Part shown: positions 25,046 to 36,865 of the stretch, piece by piece
Layout: each line of letters begins with the position of its first letter
Numbering within the stretch: the stretch's first letter is position 1
DNA from: Guillardia theta CCMP2712
Lineage: Eukaryota > Protista > Cryptophyta
Direction: 5' to 3'
Assembly: GCF_000315625.1 (NCBI RefSeq)
Contig: NW_005434552.1
Coordinates: 50,127-114,126, forward strand
Length of the DNA: 64,000 bases
Translations under genes and position numbers: made by a program
The notes under the pieces: model-generated
What the model was told of the DNA's origin: nothing
Databases searched by the model: none
The model's input: only the letters and a program-made list of their open reading frames with translations

Positions 25046-27889
25046 TCCATCGCGCTATCCTCCAACCACCCGCTGCCCTCATGCCTTTGCATCGCCCTCG
25101 CTACCGCCTCGATCGCTCCCGCCTCCCGCGCCCGCGCCTGGCTGTCCGCCATGCCCTCCGTCATGCTGCGCAAGGCCTTGCATGCATCACACTGTAGCCA
25201 TCGTTCGTCCACATGTGTGGACATGGCGCTGACGACGGCCTCGATCGCTCCCGCCTCCCGCGCCCGCGCCTGGCTGTCAGCCATGCCCGCCGTCATGCTC
25301 TCAAGGGCTTCGCATGCTGACCACTGCAAGCACATCTCGTCTGCGTGCGTGGACATGGCGCTGACGACGGCCTCGATCGCTCCCGCCTCCCGCGCCCGCG
25401 CCTGGCTGTCCGCCATGCCCTCCGTCATGCTGCGCAAGGCCTTGCATCCATCATTTTGTAGCCATTGCTTGTCTGCGTGTCTGGACATGGCGCTGACGAC
25501 GGCCTCGAACGCTCCCGCCTGCATGGCCGGGAGCTTGTTCTGCTCGTGGCCCTTGGCTATCGCTGTCATCACCTCGCATAGACCTTGCTGTATCTTCGCG
25601 TTGCTCTGGTGCCTGGTCATGGCGCTGACGACGGCCTCGATCGCTTTCGCATCTCTCGCTGTGCCCTGGTATCGGAAGTACTGCATTGTGTACTTTAGGG
25701 CCCAGCACGCTGCCTGCTGTACTTTCAAGTCGTCCGCGTGCTTATCGAGGCATCTCATGACGGCCTCGATCGCTCCCGCCTCTCGCGCCCGCGCCTGACT
25801 CTCATCCCTGAAGCTGATAATGTAGTCCAGGGCCCAGCACGCAGCCTGCTGTACCCCCGCGTGGTCTGCATGCGTGGACATGGCGCTGACGACGGCCTCG
25901 ATCGCTCCCGCCTCCCGCGCCCGCGCCTGGCTCTCTTCGATGTGATCGACTATATGCTTCAGTGCCCAGCAAGCAGCTTGCTGTACACCCGCATAGTCTG
26001 CATGTAAGGACATGGCGCTGACGACGGCCTCGATCGCTCCCGCCTCCCGCGCCCGCGCCTGGCTCTCATCCCTGAAGCTTACAGTGTAGTTCAGGGCCTC
26101 GCACGCAGCCTGCTGTACCCCCGCATCGTCCGCGTGCGTGGACATGGCGCTGACGATGGCCTCGATCGCTCCCGCCTCCCGTGCCCGCGCCTTGCTCTCT
26201 TTGATGACACTGACGGTATGTCTCAAGGCCCAGCACGCAGCTTGCTGTACGCCAGCGTCGTCCGCGTGCGTGGACATGGCGCTGACGACGGCCTCGATCG
26301 CTCCGGCCTCTCGCCCCTTGAGCTTGTCAGCCCCCCCGTTCCGAGCCATGCTGACCAAGGCTTCGCACGCAGCCTGCTGTACCTCCGCGAGAGCCTCGTA
26401 CGTCCTCATCTCCTGCATCACTGCCTCTATGCTGTCGTCAGCTCCCGTCCTCAGCAGCCTCCATGCCTCCCTTGCCGGCTGCTCCGTCCCGCTTCCGTCT
26501 TGTGCCCCTACCGCTGCTGACGCCCCGACCGGCAGCGCCTGAGCTCCCGTCCTCAGCGAGCTGAGAGCGTCGCTGCCCGTGGACTCCAAGGCGGTGCAAG
26601 CTGACTCTTGCAGCTCCACGAGCTCTGCGTACTTGCGCTTCCTGACTCTCCTCGCCACCGCCTCGATCCCTCCCCCCGCTGCCTCTCCGATCCTTCTCCA
26701 TGCAGCTTCTGCCATGCTGCGTATGCCTCGGGCATAGCGACTGGGTTGCCGGCCCCTGCCTGCTGCTGTCCAGGCGTCCTGTCTGACCATGTCCATGCAG
26801 CAGCCCCCTCATCCCCCTCCGCTCCGGCTCTTCCCACAGCTACCGCAAGCTCGGCGAACCTCGGGCGGTCCTCCTCCCTCGTCGCCCCAGCAGCTCTCCA
26901 GCAGGGCCCACAACCCGTCCGGGGCATCCTCCGAGGAGGTGCTCTCGAGGCAGCCTCCCAGCCCCGCACACGTACCCGATCACAGTCGGGTCCGTCATGG
27001 GGTAGTAGGGGGTCATGCCCGAGGTCAGGATCTCCCAGCACGTGACCCCGTAGGCCCACACGTCGCTCTTCTCCGAGCACCGGCCTCTCTGCATCGACTC
27101 TGGGGGCATGTACCGCACCGGCAGCCCTCGCCCCGCTACCCTCCCGTCACTCCCGTCCACCAGCTCCCCTGCCCGCCCGTACCCCGCCACCTTCACCGAC
27201 GTCCTCCCCACGTCCTCCTTGTCGAAGCCCATGACCAGCACGTGCCGAGCCGCGAGGTCCCGGTGCACGACCCGCTGCTCAGCCAGGTGCTCCATGCCCT
27301 GCGCGATCTGCTCCATCATCGCCGTCTGGTGCCCTCTCGTCACCTGTCCCGCCAGCCTCCCCAGCATAGCCTCTCTCAGCGACCCCAGCTCGGCGAGCTC
27401 GGTCAGCAGCAGGGGACAGCCGTCGGCGTCGTGGCTCTGCCCCATGAAGCGTACAAGCCGAGGATGCGGCCCGAGCCTGAGCATGACCGCGGCTTGTCTG
27501 CCGCCGTCGTCTTGCCTGAGCTTGAGCACGGCTACCTTGATCTTGGCGGGCCCTGCACTCCTTCCTTGCAGGAGGAGGTGACCTATGTAGAGGGCCTGGG
27601 AGGAGCCTGCTGAGATAGGCTGCCCCTCCATCTCCACGTCGTGCCTGGGGACGAGCGACGCGTGTCGCTCCTGCCACTCCTAGATGGCGCTGCGGAGAGC
27701 GAGGTTGGGGACAAGGTGGTCGGAGGGGAGGAGGGCGCCGGTGAGGGGGCTGGAGAGACGATGGCGGAGCCAGGTCTCGATGGAGGATCTCTCGTAGGTG
27801 TGGCCATCGCAGCAGGTGACAGGGTCGGTCATGAGCGCCATGCTGATGGGGCAGATGAAGGACCGGAGCGCTCCCTGGTCCGCTGCCAT
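25046..27889 (-). pseudogene. U-box - tyrosine-kinase-like (pseudo)kinase - armadillo (44-aa) repeat gene with an in-frame stop and frameshifts; 3' end in gap
   Basis: U-box FICPIS..LMTDPV..DGHTYERSSIETW..SPLTG..LVPNLALRSAI is in the same frame as the kinase, separated by a TAG at 27680-27682; HRDLAARH, LPVRYMPPE, SDVWAYGV; ARM units REAGAIEAVVSAMSTHAD.AGVQQAAC.AL. Confidence 0.8.
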
Positions 27890-28198
27890 GGCGGGGCCGA
27901 GGAGCGAGGGGAGGGGAGGGGAGGGGATAAAGGTGGTCTAGGGAGGGGTAGGGGGTGGTACGAGGAGGGGAGAGGAGGGAGGAGGGGTGGTCCAAAAAAG
28001 AAAAGCTAATCCTACCAGCGGCTACGGGGGAAGTGTAAAACTAAAAAAAAGAAGGATATGTCTTGTTGCTGCCTTTTGTGTGCGATGGTATCTTGCGGGT
28101 ATGTGTTGTTGCTGCCTTCTGATAATTTGTTACTGATGGTCTGAGGCGGGTGGCTCCGTTCTACTAGGGAGAGGACCAAGGGGATCAAGAGGAGGAGA

Positions 28199-28353
28199 TC
28201 ATCTAGGGGGTGGGGTTAGAATCCTACCGAGAACTGTGTCATCTAGGGGGTGGGGGTGGAATCCTACCGAGAACTGTGTCATCTAGGGGGTGGGGGTGGA
28301 ATCCTACCGAGAACTGTGTCATCTAGGGGGTGGGGGTGGAATCCTACCGAGAA
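28199..28353. repeat. 40-bp tandem repeat x4 (ATCTAGGGGGTGGGGGTGGAATCCTACCGAGAACTGTGTC)
   Basis: Period of 40 at 28201/28241/28281/28321; no spacers. Confidence 0.95.
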
Positions 28354-28685
28354 GACGGGCATGTCGCTTGTTTCTTTTGTCGGAACCTTGCTCTACCTGC
28401 CGCTTGCGCCCTCCTTCAGGGACCCTCCTTCTCTGAGGCAGCTGCCGATCGCTCGCGGCCACAAGCAGAGGAGCTCTTCTGACCTGCTGCGCTTGTCGAG
28501 GTAGGCGATTGTGAAACATGGATGGGTGATCGGAGGTGAAGCCGGCGAGTAGAGGAGTGTGACGCAGCAGGAGTGAGGTGCCATAGATAGTGAGTCTGTG
28601 AGCGGAGGATCGGGAGGATTTCGCGGAGAGAGATTGAATTGTCTGTTGCATCCTGACGGTTGCTTCTTTATGGTTTGCCAGTGCA

Positions 28686-30215
28686 ATGAAGCATGAGCCA
28701 CGAGACGAGGGAGACTCTTTGACTCCCGAGAAAGACCTCGATGAAGCCAGCAAGGCTTTCGAGGGACGTACGGAGCGGAGCGCAAACGGCACGACAGGTA
28801 GAGGTCCGCAGTTGCCTGATCGTGAGAAACAAGACAATCAGAGTCGGTTTGCATGGAGTCATGACCGGTCACACGCAGGAAACGAGATCGAGATCGCGAG
28901 GGCATCCAAGCTAGTCGACCAGACAGCCAAAAGCTTGTCGTTGCGCAAGAGAGAGGCTGAGCTGAAGAAGGCTGAGGACACAGGAGACGAGATCAAGATC
29001 GCAGAGGCCCTCCTGAGAGTCAGGGTCGCAGAGCTGAAGGAGGCTGAGGACACAGGAGACGAGATCGAGGTCGCGAGGGCACGCAAGTTAGTCAACAAGG
29101 CATTGCTAAGCTACTTTGTGCACAAGAGAGAGGCTGAGCTGGAGGAGGCTGAGGACACAGGAGACAAGATCGAGATCCTCAAGGCACGAATCAGGGTCAG
29201 GGAGGCAGAGCTGAAGGAGGCTGAGGTCACAGGAGACGAGATCGAGATCGCAGAGGCCCTTCTTGGCCTCAGGATGGCAGAGCTGGAGAAGGTTTGGGTG
29301 AGAGGAGACCAGATAAAGTTCGAAAGGGCAGTCGAGCTAGCCAGGCAGGCAAGCATAAGCTTGTCGTTGCTCAGGAGGACGGCAGAGCTGAAGGAGATTG
29401 AGGACACAGGAGACGAGATCGAGATCGCAAAGGCGCGTTCCAGACTGACAGAAGCAGAGCTTGACGAGGCGAAGATCAAAGGAGACAAGATTAAGATTGC
29501 AGAAGCACATATCAAGTACAGGAAGACATACCTCGATATGATTCAAGTCACAGGAGACGAGATCAAGGTCGCAGACGCCCTCCTGACAGTCAGGAAGGCA
29601 GAGCTGAAGGAGGCTGAGGTCACAGGAGACGAGATCGAGATCGCGAGGGCATCCAAGCTAGTCGACCAGGCATGGCTAAGCTACTTTGTGCGCACGAGAG
29701 AGGCTGAGCTGAAGAAGGCTGAGGACACAGGAGACGAGATCAAGGTCGCAGACGCCCTCCTGACAGTCAGGAACGCAGAGCTGAAGGAGGCTGAGGACAC
29801 AGGAGACGAGATCGAGATCGCGAGGGCACGCAAGTTAGTCGACCAGGCATGGTTGCGCAAGAGAGAGGCTGAGCTGAAGAAGGCTGAGGACACAGGAGAC
29901 GAGATCAAGATCGCAGAGGCCCTCTTTAGCGTCAGGGTCGCAGAGCTGAAGGAGGCTGAGGTCACAGGAGACGAGATCGAGATCGCGAGGGCATCCAAGC
30001 TAGTCGACCAGGCATGGTTGCGCAAGAGAGAGGCTGAGCTGAAGAAGGCTGAGGACACAGGAGACGAGATCAAGATCGCAGAGGCCCTCTTTAGCGTCAG
30101 GGTCGCAGAGCTGAAGGAGGCTGAGGTCACAGGAGACGAGATCGAGATCGCGAGGGCACGCAAGTTAGTCGACAAGGCATTGCTAAGCTTGTCGTTGCAC
30201 AAGAGAGAGGCTTAG
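28686..30215 (+). CDS. Alpha-helical tandem-repeat protein, copy 2
   Basis: 509-aa ORF; shares its N-terminus, stop and 3' flank with 13428-14783. Confidence 0.6.
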   Translation: MKHEPRDEGDSLTPEKDLDEASKAFEGRTERSANGTTGRGPQLPDREKQDNQSRFAWSHDRSHAGNEIEIARASKLVDQTAKSLSLRKREAELKKAEDTGDEIKIAEALLRVRVAELKEAEDTGDEIEVARARKLVNKALLSYFVHKREAELEEAEDTGDKIEILKARIRVREAELKEAEVTGDEIEIAEALLGLRMAELEKVWVRGDQIKFERAVELARQASISLSLLRRTAELKEIEDTGDEIEIAKARSRLTEAELDEAKIKGDKIKIAEAHIKYRKTYLDMIQVTGDEIKVADALLTVRKAELKEAEVTGDEIEIARASKLVDQAWLSYFVRTREAELKKAEDTGDEIKVADALLTVRNAELKEAEDTGDEIEIARARKLVDQAWLRKREAELKKAEDTGDEIKIAEALFSVRVAELKEAEVTGDEIEIARASKLVDQAWLRKREAELKKAEDTGDEIKIAEALFSVRVAELKEAEVTGDEIEIARARKLVDKALLSLSLHKREA

Positions 30216-30813
30216 CTTGACAAGGCTCGAGGCACAGGAGACGAGATCGAGATCGCGAGGGCACGCGAGTCAGTCGATGAGGCAGAGCTATGCTACTTTG
30301 TGCGCAAGACGGGGGCAGAACTGGAGTAGGCTCAAGGCCCTGGAGACAAGATCAAGCTCAGGCCACCTATACATGAAGCTGACCACGGCTGACTCTCTAT
30401 ATCATGTATCTCTCACTTGACGCTGCATATGTGCAGCACCACCCCGTACACCCTCATTCGCCTCCTCCCCTTCCACACTGTGGCTCTTGTATCTCGTGAA
30501 TCCTCTTGCGCCTCCTCGCTGAGCTGCCTCTGGTAGAGGACCTCCATCTTCTCCCAGCCCGCCTCCCCTCCTCGCATCCTCGTTTTACCCAGGTTTCCAT
30601 CGCCTCTGCCTGCCGCCTCGAAACACGTAAGAGTCGTCTTGGTTTACAGGAGAGTTTTGTTAACTCGGCGCTATCTGACTGGCACGGCTGGCATGCGATC
30701 CATCAGCTGTACAAGACATGTGCTATCCGAGTCATACGGCAGTAGATGCCTGACTAGTGCAAGCACAAGCGATGAGAGGCCTAGACCAGTCTCCTCGCAT
30801 GTCTCCCTAGTCA

Positions 30814-33417
30814 CTAGTAGATCCTGCACATGCTCGTCCCGCTCGAGCGACACATCGGGCATGGCCTCGACGTCGCTGCCTCCTTGCAGTCCCCGCACAG
30901 ACACTTGTGACCGCAGGGGACCAGCGCCCATTCAGCTCTTCGATCCATGCAGACGACGCATGGCTGCCCGCGCTCTCCGACGGCATCATCGTATCGCTGC
31001 TGAAGCTTCTTCCGCAGCTCGCTGAAGCTCGGCCGCTCCTCGATCTTCTCCCGCCAGCACTCTCGCATGATCGCATACACTGCTGGAGGGCATGCAGCAG
31101 GAGCCGCTAGTCGCTCCCCGTCCACAACCTTGGGTCCTACAAGCTCATCGTCGGTGATGGCCCAGTAAGGGACTTTGCCGTAAGTCCAGACCTCCCACAG
31201 CGTCACCCCGAACGCCCACACGTCGCTCTTCTCCGAGTAGCGATGTCTCAGCAAGCTCTCCGGCGCCATCCATCGCGCCCGTCCAGCCCTCGAGCCTGCC
31301 GAGCTCTCGCTCCCTACCCGACTCACTCCGTCACCGCGCCAGCCCATGATCCATCGCCCGTAGTCGGCTACCTTGACCCTCACCCCGAGGTGATCCTGCC
31401 CTTGCAGACTCCAGACAAGCACGCTCCTCGCCGCCAGCTGCCGGTGTACAACCTCGTGCAGCGACAGCTGCTCCATCCCGTCGCAGATCTGCCTCGCCAC
31501 CTCCAGCTGCACCAGCTCGCCCATCGTCTCCTCCTCCTCTGCGAAGCTGCGCAAGGTCCTCTCGAGAGAGCCCTGGCAAGCGTACTCAGTCACCAGGCAG
31601 TAGTCGCCAGAGCTTGGCTCGACGGTGACGGCGAGGAGGCCAAGCAGGCTGCGGTGACGGCGAGGAGGCCAAGCAGGCTGCGGTGACGGCCCAGCTGGTG
31701 CCAGGTCTTGACCTCCTGCTCGAGAGCTTGTCTCCTGGCAGTAGCTCCGCTGCCTCGGATACGTAGGATGGCCACGTCAGCGGTGCTGGCGTGCGGCTGC
31801 CGCCAGCGAGCCCTGTAGACGAGCTTGGAGGAGCCTGAGCCGACATGACGACTGTCGACCAGGCTGTCGTAGTCCACCGATCGTACGCTTCTCAGCTGCA
31901 GACGAGAGGATCACATCAGTCATCGACCCTCGCACAGACACAAACAGGACCTGAGAGACAGCGCCCTGCTGGTTGTCGTCGTCAGACGCCTGCTGCTCCG
32001 CGTCTCTCTGCTGGCGCTGGTGCTGGCGCTTGCGCTTCTTCGTCTTGTCGCTTCTACACCTCTCATGTCGCTCGATCCCCTCCTGCGCGGGCTTGACGCT
32101 GCCTTGCAGTGCCGCTGACAGAAGCTCCCCGCTCCATAGCTGCCGCATCCAGCCCTCTATCTTGCTCGCCAGCTCCTCGTCCTGCCTCTCTCGCGCTACC
32201 TCCGCAGCTGTTCGTCCCAGCGAGTCTCGCAGCTCCCCGAGCTCTCCGCCCCCGACCTCCAGCAGCCTCTCACAGACAGACCAGACGCCTCGCGCCGCCG
32301 CTACGTGCAGCGCCGAGCCATCGAACTCCGTGACACACTTGATAGACACGCTGGTCACCCAAGCACTATGACCTTGTAGACCACTATGAGCTCGTACACC
32401 TAAATCAAGACAAGCCTTCTGCGTCATGCTCCCAAGGTCCCACACACTCAAGGTACTCATCCCACTCCCGCTGACAGCCGTCTTGCCGTCCTCGCTGATC
32501 GCCACGCTCGTCACCCAACCACTATGACCCTCAAGACAAGCCTTCTGCGTCATGCTCCCAAGGTCCCACACCCTCATAGTGTTATCGTTACTCCCGCTGA
32601 CAGCCGTCTTGCCGTCCTTGCTGATCGCCACGATCCCTACCGCTTTACTATGACCCTCAAGACAAGCCTTCCGCGTCATGCTGACAAGGTCCCACACCCT
32701 CAAGGAGCTTGTGCAGCCGCTGACAGCCGTCTTGCCGTCCTCGCTGATCGCCACGCTCCATGCCCACTCACTGTTATCTTCAAGACGAGCCTTCTGCGTC
32801 ATGCTGACAAGGTCCCACACACTCAAGGTTCTATACCAGCTCCCGCTGACAGCCGTCTTGCCGTCCCCGCTGATCGCCACGCTGTTGATCGGACCACCAT
32901 CACCCTCAAGACAAGCCTTCTGCGTCATGCTCCCAAGGTCCCACACCCTCAACGTTTCATCGTAACTCCCGCTGACAGCCGTCTTGCCGTTCCCGCTGAT
33001 CGCCACGCTCCACGGCGTACTCCTATGACCCTGAAGACAAGCCTTCTGCGTCATGCTCCTAAGGTCCCACACCCTCAGCGTCTTATCCCAGCTCCCGCTG
33101 ACAGCCGTCCTGCCGTCCTTGCTGATCACCACGCTCGTCACCCAGTGATTATGACCCTCAAGACAAGCCTTCTCCTCCATGCTCTTGACGTCCCACACCC
33201 TCAGCGTCTTATCGTCACTCCCGCTGACTATGGTCGTGACTCTCCCTGGTCCTACTGGATGCTTCTGCTTCAGTCGCTCTGCTCCTGCACTCACGGCCAG
33301 CGCTCTCACTTGGACCTCATCTCCTCTCTCGATCGCTTCGATCAGCTGCTGCCACTTCCTCTCGTCCTCCTCCATCCTCTCCCGCTCGTGGTCGGAGACC
33401 TGGCTCATCCTCCTCAT
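30814..33417 (-). pseudogene. Ankyrin-WD40(7)-ankyrin-kinase-RING gene, copy 2; 55-nt intron 31950-31896; 29-bp duplication frameshift in the kinase
   Basis: Paralog of 2900-5441; tandem duplication of GGTGACGGCGAGGAGGCCAAGCAGGCTGC at ~31624-31690 breaks the frame. Confidence 0.8.
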
Positions 33418-34414
33418 CGCTCGTCCTGCAGCCCCAGCACAAGGACCTCTTGTCTTCCCTCGCTCCTCTCGAGCAGACCGTCTGCCGTCCTCGTCGTCCT
33501 CGTCGTGTAGGGAGGAGTCAGAGCGAGCGAGAGGCCTGTAGCAGGGATGAGCAGCGAGACATCTCAGGCTTGTCTGACAGCCTTGAGCCTCTCACACGTC
33601 TATCTCTTGTATGTGTCTAGTATGTCTAATAGGCATCGCTTGTCTGTATGTGACGTCTTATGCTTGAAGGCTGTCGACCTCGTCTTCTTGTACATGTGCG
33701 TTTGTTGTCTTCTCGTCATCAGTCTTTCTTCTTGTCTCTCTCTATCTCCCCTGTCGTGTCTCTCCGTCTCTCTTCCTTGCCTATGTGTCCGTCTCTCTTG
33801 TCCATCGAGAAGGCATATGAAGCAACCCTTGCCCCTCCCTTCCCTCCTCTTTCCCTTCATCTTTCCCTCTTTCCCTTCTCCCTCCCTTCCTTCCTCCTTC
33901 CTCTCCTTCCCTTCCCTTCTCTTTCCTCTTTCTCTCGCTTCTCTCTCCTTCTCTCTCCCTCACACCACCTGTCCTCTCCCTTCCCTCTCCCTTCCCTTCT
34001 TCCCTCGATCCTCTCCTCCCTCCCACCCCTACCCCACTCCCTTACCCCCAACCCCCCGGATCCAGGGGGTGGTACGAGGAGGGGGGGGGAGGGAGGGGTG
34101 GAGGAGGAAGCGGCGGGAGGGGGTGGTGGGGTGGGGTCGAGAGTTCAACCCTCTTTCTCATTGAGGGTCACGTTGTCCTCCCGGCTGCACTACAAGGGCC
34201 CGGGCCCGTGGAATGTCCCGGCCCGGGCCCCGGGCCCGGTCTCTCAGTGACGTTGCCACGGTCCTAGGGTCTTGAGCCTCCGAGGCTCCGGTGACTGAGA
34301 GCCTGTTGAAGCGGGTGATGCCGTCGCCGCAAGACTGTGAGGGGCAGACAGCCAAGGACTCGGGAGGAGACGAAGCGTTACGCGAACTTGGTTACGCGAA
34401 CTTGGTGGGTGACA

Positions 34415-35576
34415 TGGGGCAGACAGCCAGGCGTCAGCTGGGAGACGGGCAGGTGGAGAAGAAGCAGGAGAAGCTGAGTGTGGTCTGCCTGGAGGACCTG
34501 GAGGTGGAGGAGACGAAGCGGGTAATTCGGTCCTGCTGTCACTGCTTCTGCGAGGACTGTGTCATGAAGCTCCTGCAACTTTCTTCCGGCGGAGACGCTG
34601 TCTGTCCCCTATGCCGCGGCAAGTTTTCAAAGGGCGACGTGTTCTCGGTAGAGCAAACGCGGGAGGCTCAACAGAGCCTTGCTCGCAACGCATCCGGCGA
34701 GGACGAGGACGGGGAGAGGCAGACGGATCGGGTGCAAGCGGAAGAGGAGGAGCGGGAAGAGGAGGAGCAGAGGCTGAACCCCAAGATTGAAGCGCTTCTC
34801 GTCGATGAGCAGGAGGCTCAGCAGGCAGACAAGACAGTCAAGTCGGTCGTGTCTTCCAGCTTCCTCTCATGTTTGGATGAGATAGAAAGTGCCATGATCG
34901 CTGCTGGCATCCCCGTCTTTCGCATCGATGACACGACGAGCATCCTTCAGCGCCGGCGGCTGATACAAGACTTGCACTCTCATCCTCAAGGCGCCCTGCT
35001 CCTCCCCAGCTCCAAGGTCACAACCCTTCCCACCTCCTAAGTTCCCCCTGCTCCCCTCCCCTCGCTCTGACCTCCAGCTGGGCGGGAGGCGCGGGGCTCT
35101 CGCTCACCATGGCGTCGAGAGCTCACATGATGGAACCATGGCGGTTATGGACCGTTACCGTTAGCTTAACCTTTTTCTCCATCAGGTGGAACGCGGCAGT
35201 CGACGAGCAGGCGATGCATCGCATCCGTTACATGTGCCAAGGGACCGTTACATGTGCCAAGGGACCGCTACATGTGCCAAGGGACCGTTACATGTGCCAA
35301 GGGACCGTTACATGTGCCAAGGGACCGTTACATGTGCCAAGGGACCGTTACATGTGCCAAGGGACCGTTACATGTGCCAAGGGACCGTTACATGTACCAA
35401 GGGACCGTTCACATGTACCAAGGGACCGTTACATGTGCCAAGGGACCGTTGAGCACAAGTTCATGGAGATGCAGGAGAAGAAAGATTGGCTGGGGAAGGC
35501 GGCGATGATGAGGATGGCAGCCAACGAGCTGCTGGAAATGCGCCTGCGGCTGTTGAGGACGCTACTCGTGAGATAG
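34415..35576 (+). pseudogene. RAD5/HLTF-like RING + HELICc fragment, copy 2
   Basis: C..CLEDL...CCHCFCEDC...CPLCR then HELICc motifs; interrupted by a 20-bp repeat expansion. Confidence 0.8.
35225..35450. repeat. 20-bp minisatellite (CCGTTACATGTGCCAAGGGA) x~11 inside the RAD5-like pseudogene
   Basis: Seen directly; single-copy in the paralog at ~16705-16728. Confidence 0.95.
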
Positions 35577-35590
35577 AGTCAGGGATGTCA

Positions 35591-35830
35591 TGGGAGACGA
35601 CTACTCGGTGGGAGACGACTACGACTACTCGGTGGGAGACGACTACTCGGTGGGAGACGACTACTCGTTGGGAGACGACTACTCGGTGGGAGACGACTAC
35701 TCGGTGGGAGACGACTACTCGGTGGGAGACGACTACTCGGTGGGAGACGACTACTCGGTGGGAGACGACTACTCGGTGGGAGACGACTACTCGGTGGGAG
35801 ACGACTACTCGTTGGGAGACAACTACTCGG
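35591..35830. repeat. 18-bp minisatellite x~13
   Basis: Same unit as 16868-16976. Confidence 0.95.
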
Positions 35831-36865
35831 ATCTGATGTGAAATTTATTCTTATGTTCATTCTGCTTGCATCGGAGATCCTCGTACTGATTCTACCTTAA
35901 CTTATTGTCCTCGTACTGATTTTAACTTAACCTCCACCAGCCTCGGAGATCCCTCGGCGTCGCCCACTTGTCCTCTCTCAAACTTGATGCTGCTGATAGG
36001 CACAAGGGGGGGGAGACTCGGAACTTACCGTACCGACTGATCGACCGTTATAAACCGTTGCCCGTGTCGCCACCGTAGCATCTACCGTACAGAGTCAGCG
36101 ACAACTTGTATTCCGGCAATGAAACAGGGCCACAGTGAAATCGAGTACCTTGCGAGCCTGGGAGCAGGTTCTTGCTGCCAACTTGGTACTGCAGCTGCTC
36201 GGTCACCTGCTGGGGAGGCATGTGCGACAGCGGGTGCTCAGGCGGGCAAGTCATGAGGATGCTGGCTTCGCTTCCCCTCTCTTGGCTCTCGCCTCTCCCT
36301 CCCTTCTCTTCCCTCCTCCTCCTCCTTGTCTCCCCCCCCGAAGCCTCACGGGTTGCTGACGCTGACAGCGAGTGCTCCCGGCTCCTCCGCTGCGTCGCTC
36401 AGAGGTCAAGTGCAGTGATGTCTATTGTACTGGCGATGCCAGACCAGCGAGCTAGACTCCAGCAGCAGACAGCAGCCCCTTGTACCTCAAGAGGCTCATC
36501 CCTGTACAGCCTGAGGGAAGGACTAGCGCTACTGCTCCTTGCTGCTCGAGCACACTCGCCTCGTGCCAGCTCTCGCTCCTCGCAAGCCTCTGCTCCTCGT
36601 CCTACCAGCAGTGAGGGAAGCCACCCGTACTTGCTAGTCTCTCTCAGGCACCAGGGGTCATCCTCCCGAGCACATCTAGTCCTTGTATGCATCAAGCGCT
36701 TTGAGAGTCGTTTGACTGACTTTGTTGACGATCAAGGCTGAGCCTAGCCTTGAGTGCTGTCCCCTAGCTGTGGTAGGTCCAGTCTGAGGTGAGCTGGCTT
36801 TTACTAGGGCTCTGGTAGGTATGAGAGCGACTTCTATGGCTGCAGCTTGTTGGCTCAGTCTGAGA

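Noticed and set aside
28199-28353. Possible CRISPR array
   Set aside because: Units are contiguous and near-identical with no unique spacers; no cas genes; eukaryotic context
36100-36780. Possible decayed armadillo-repeat remnants (also ~23330-23760)
   Set aside because: Only faint similarity (EVQGAAVCCW); too degenerate to call
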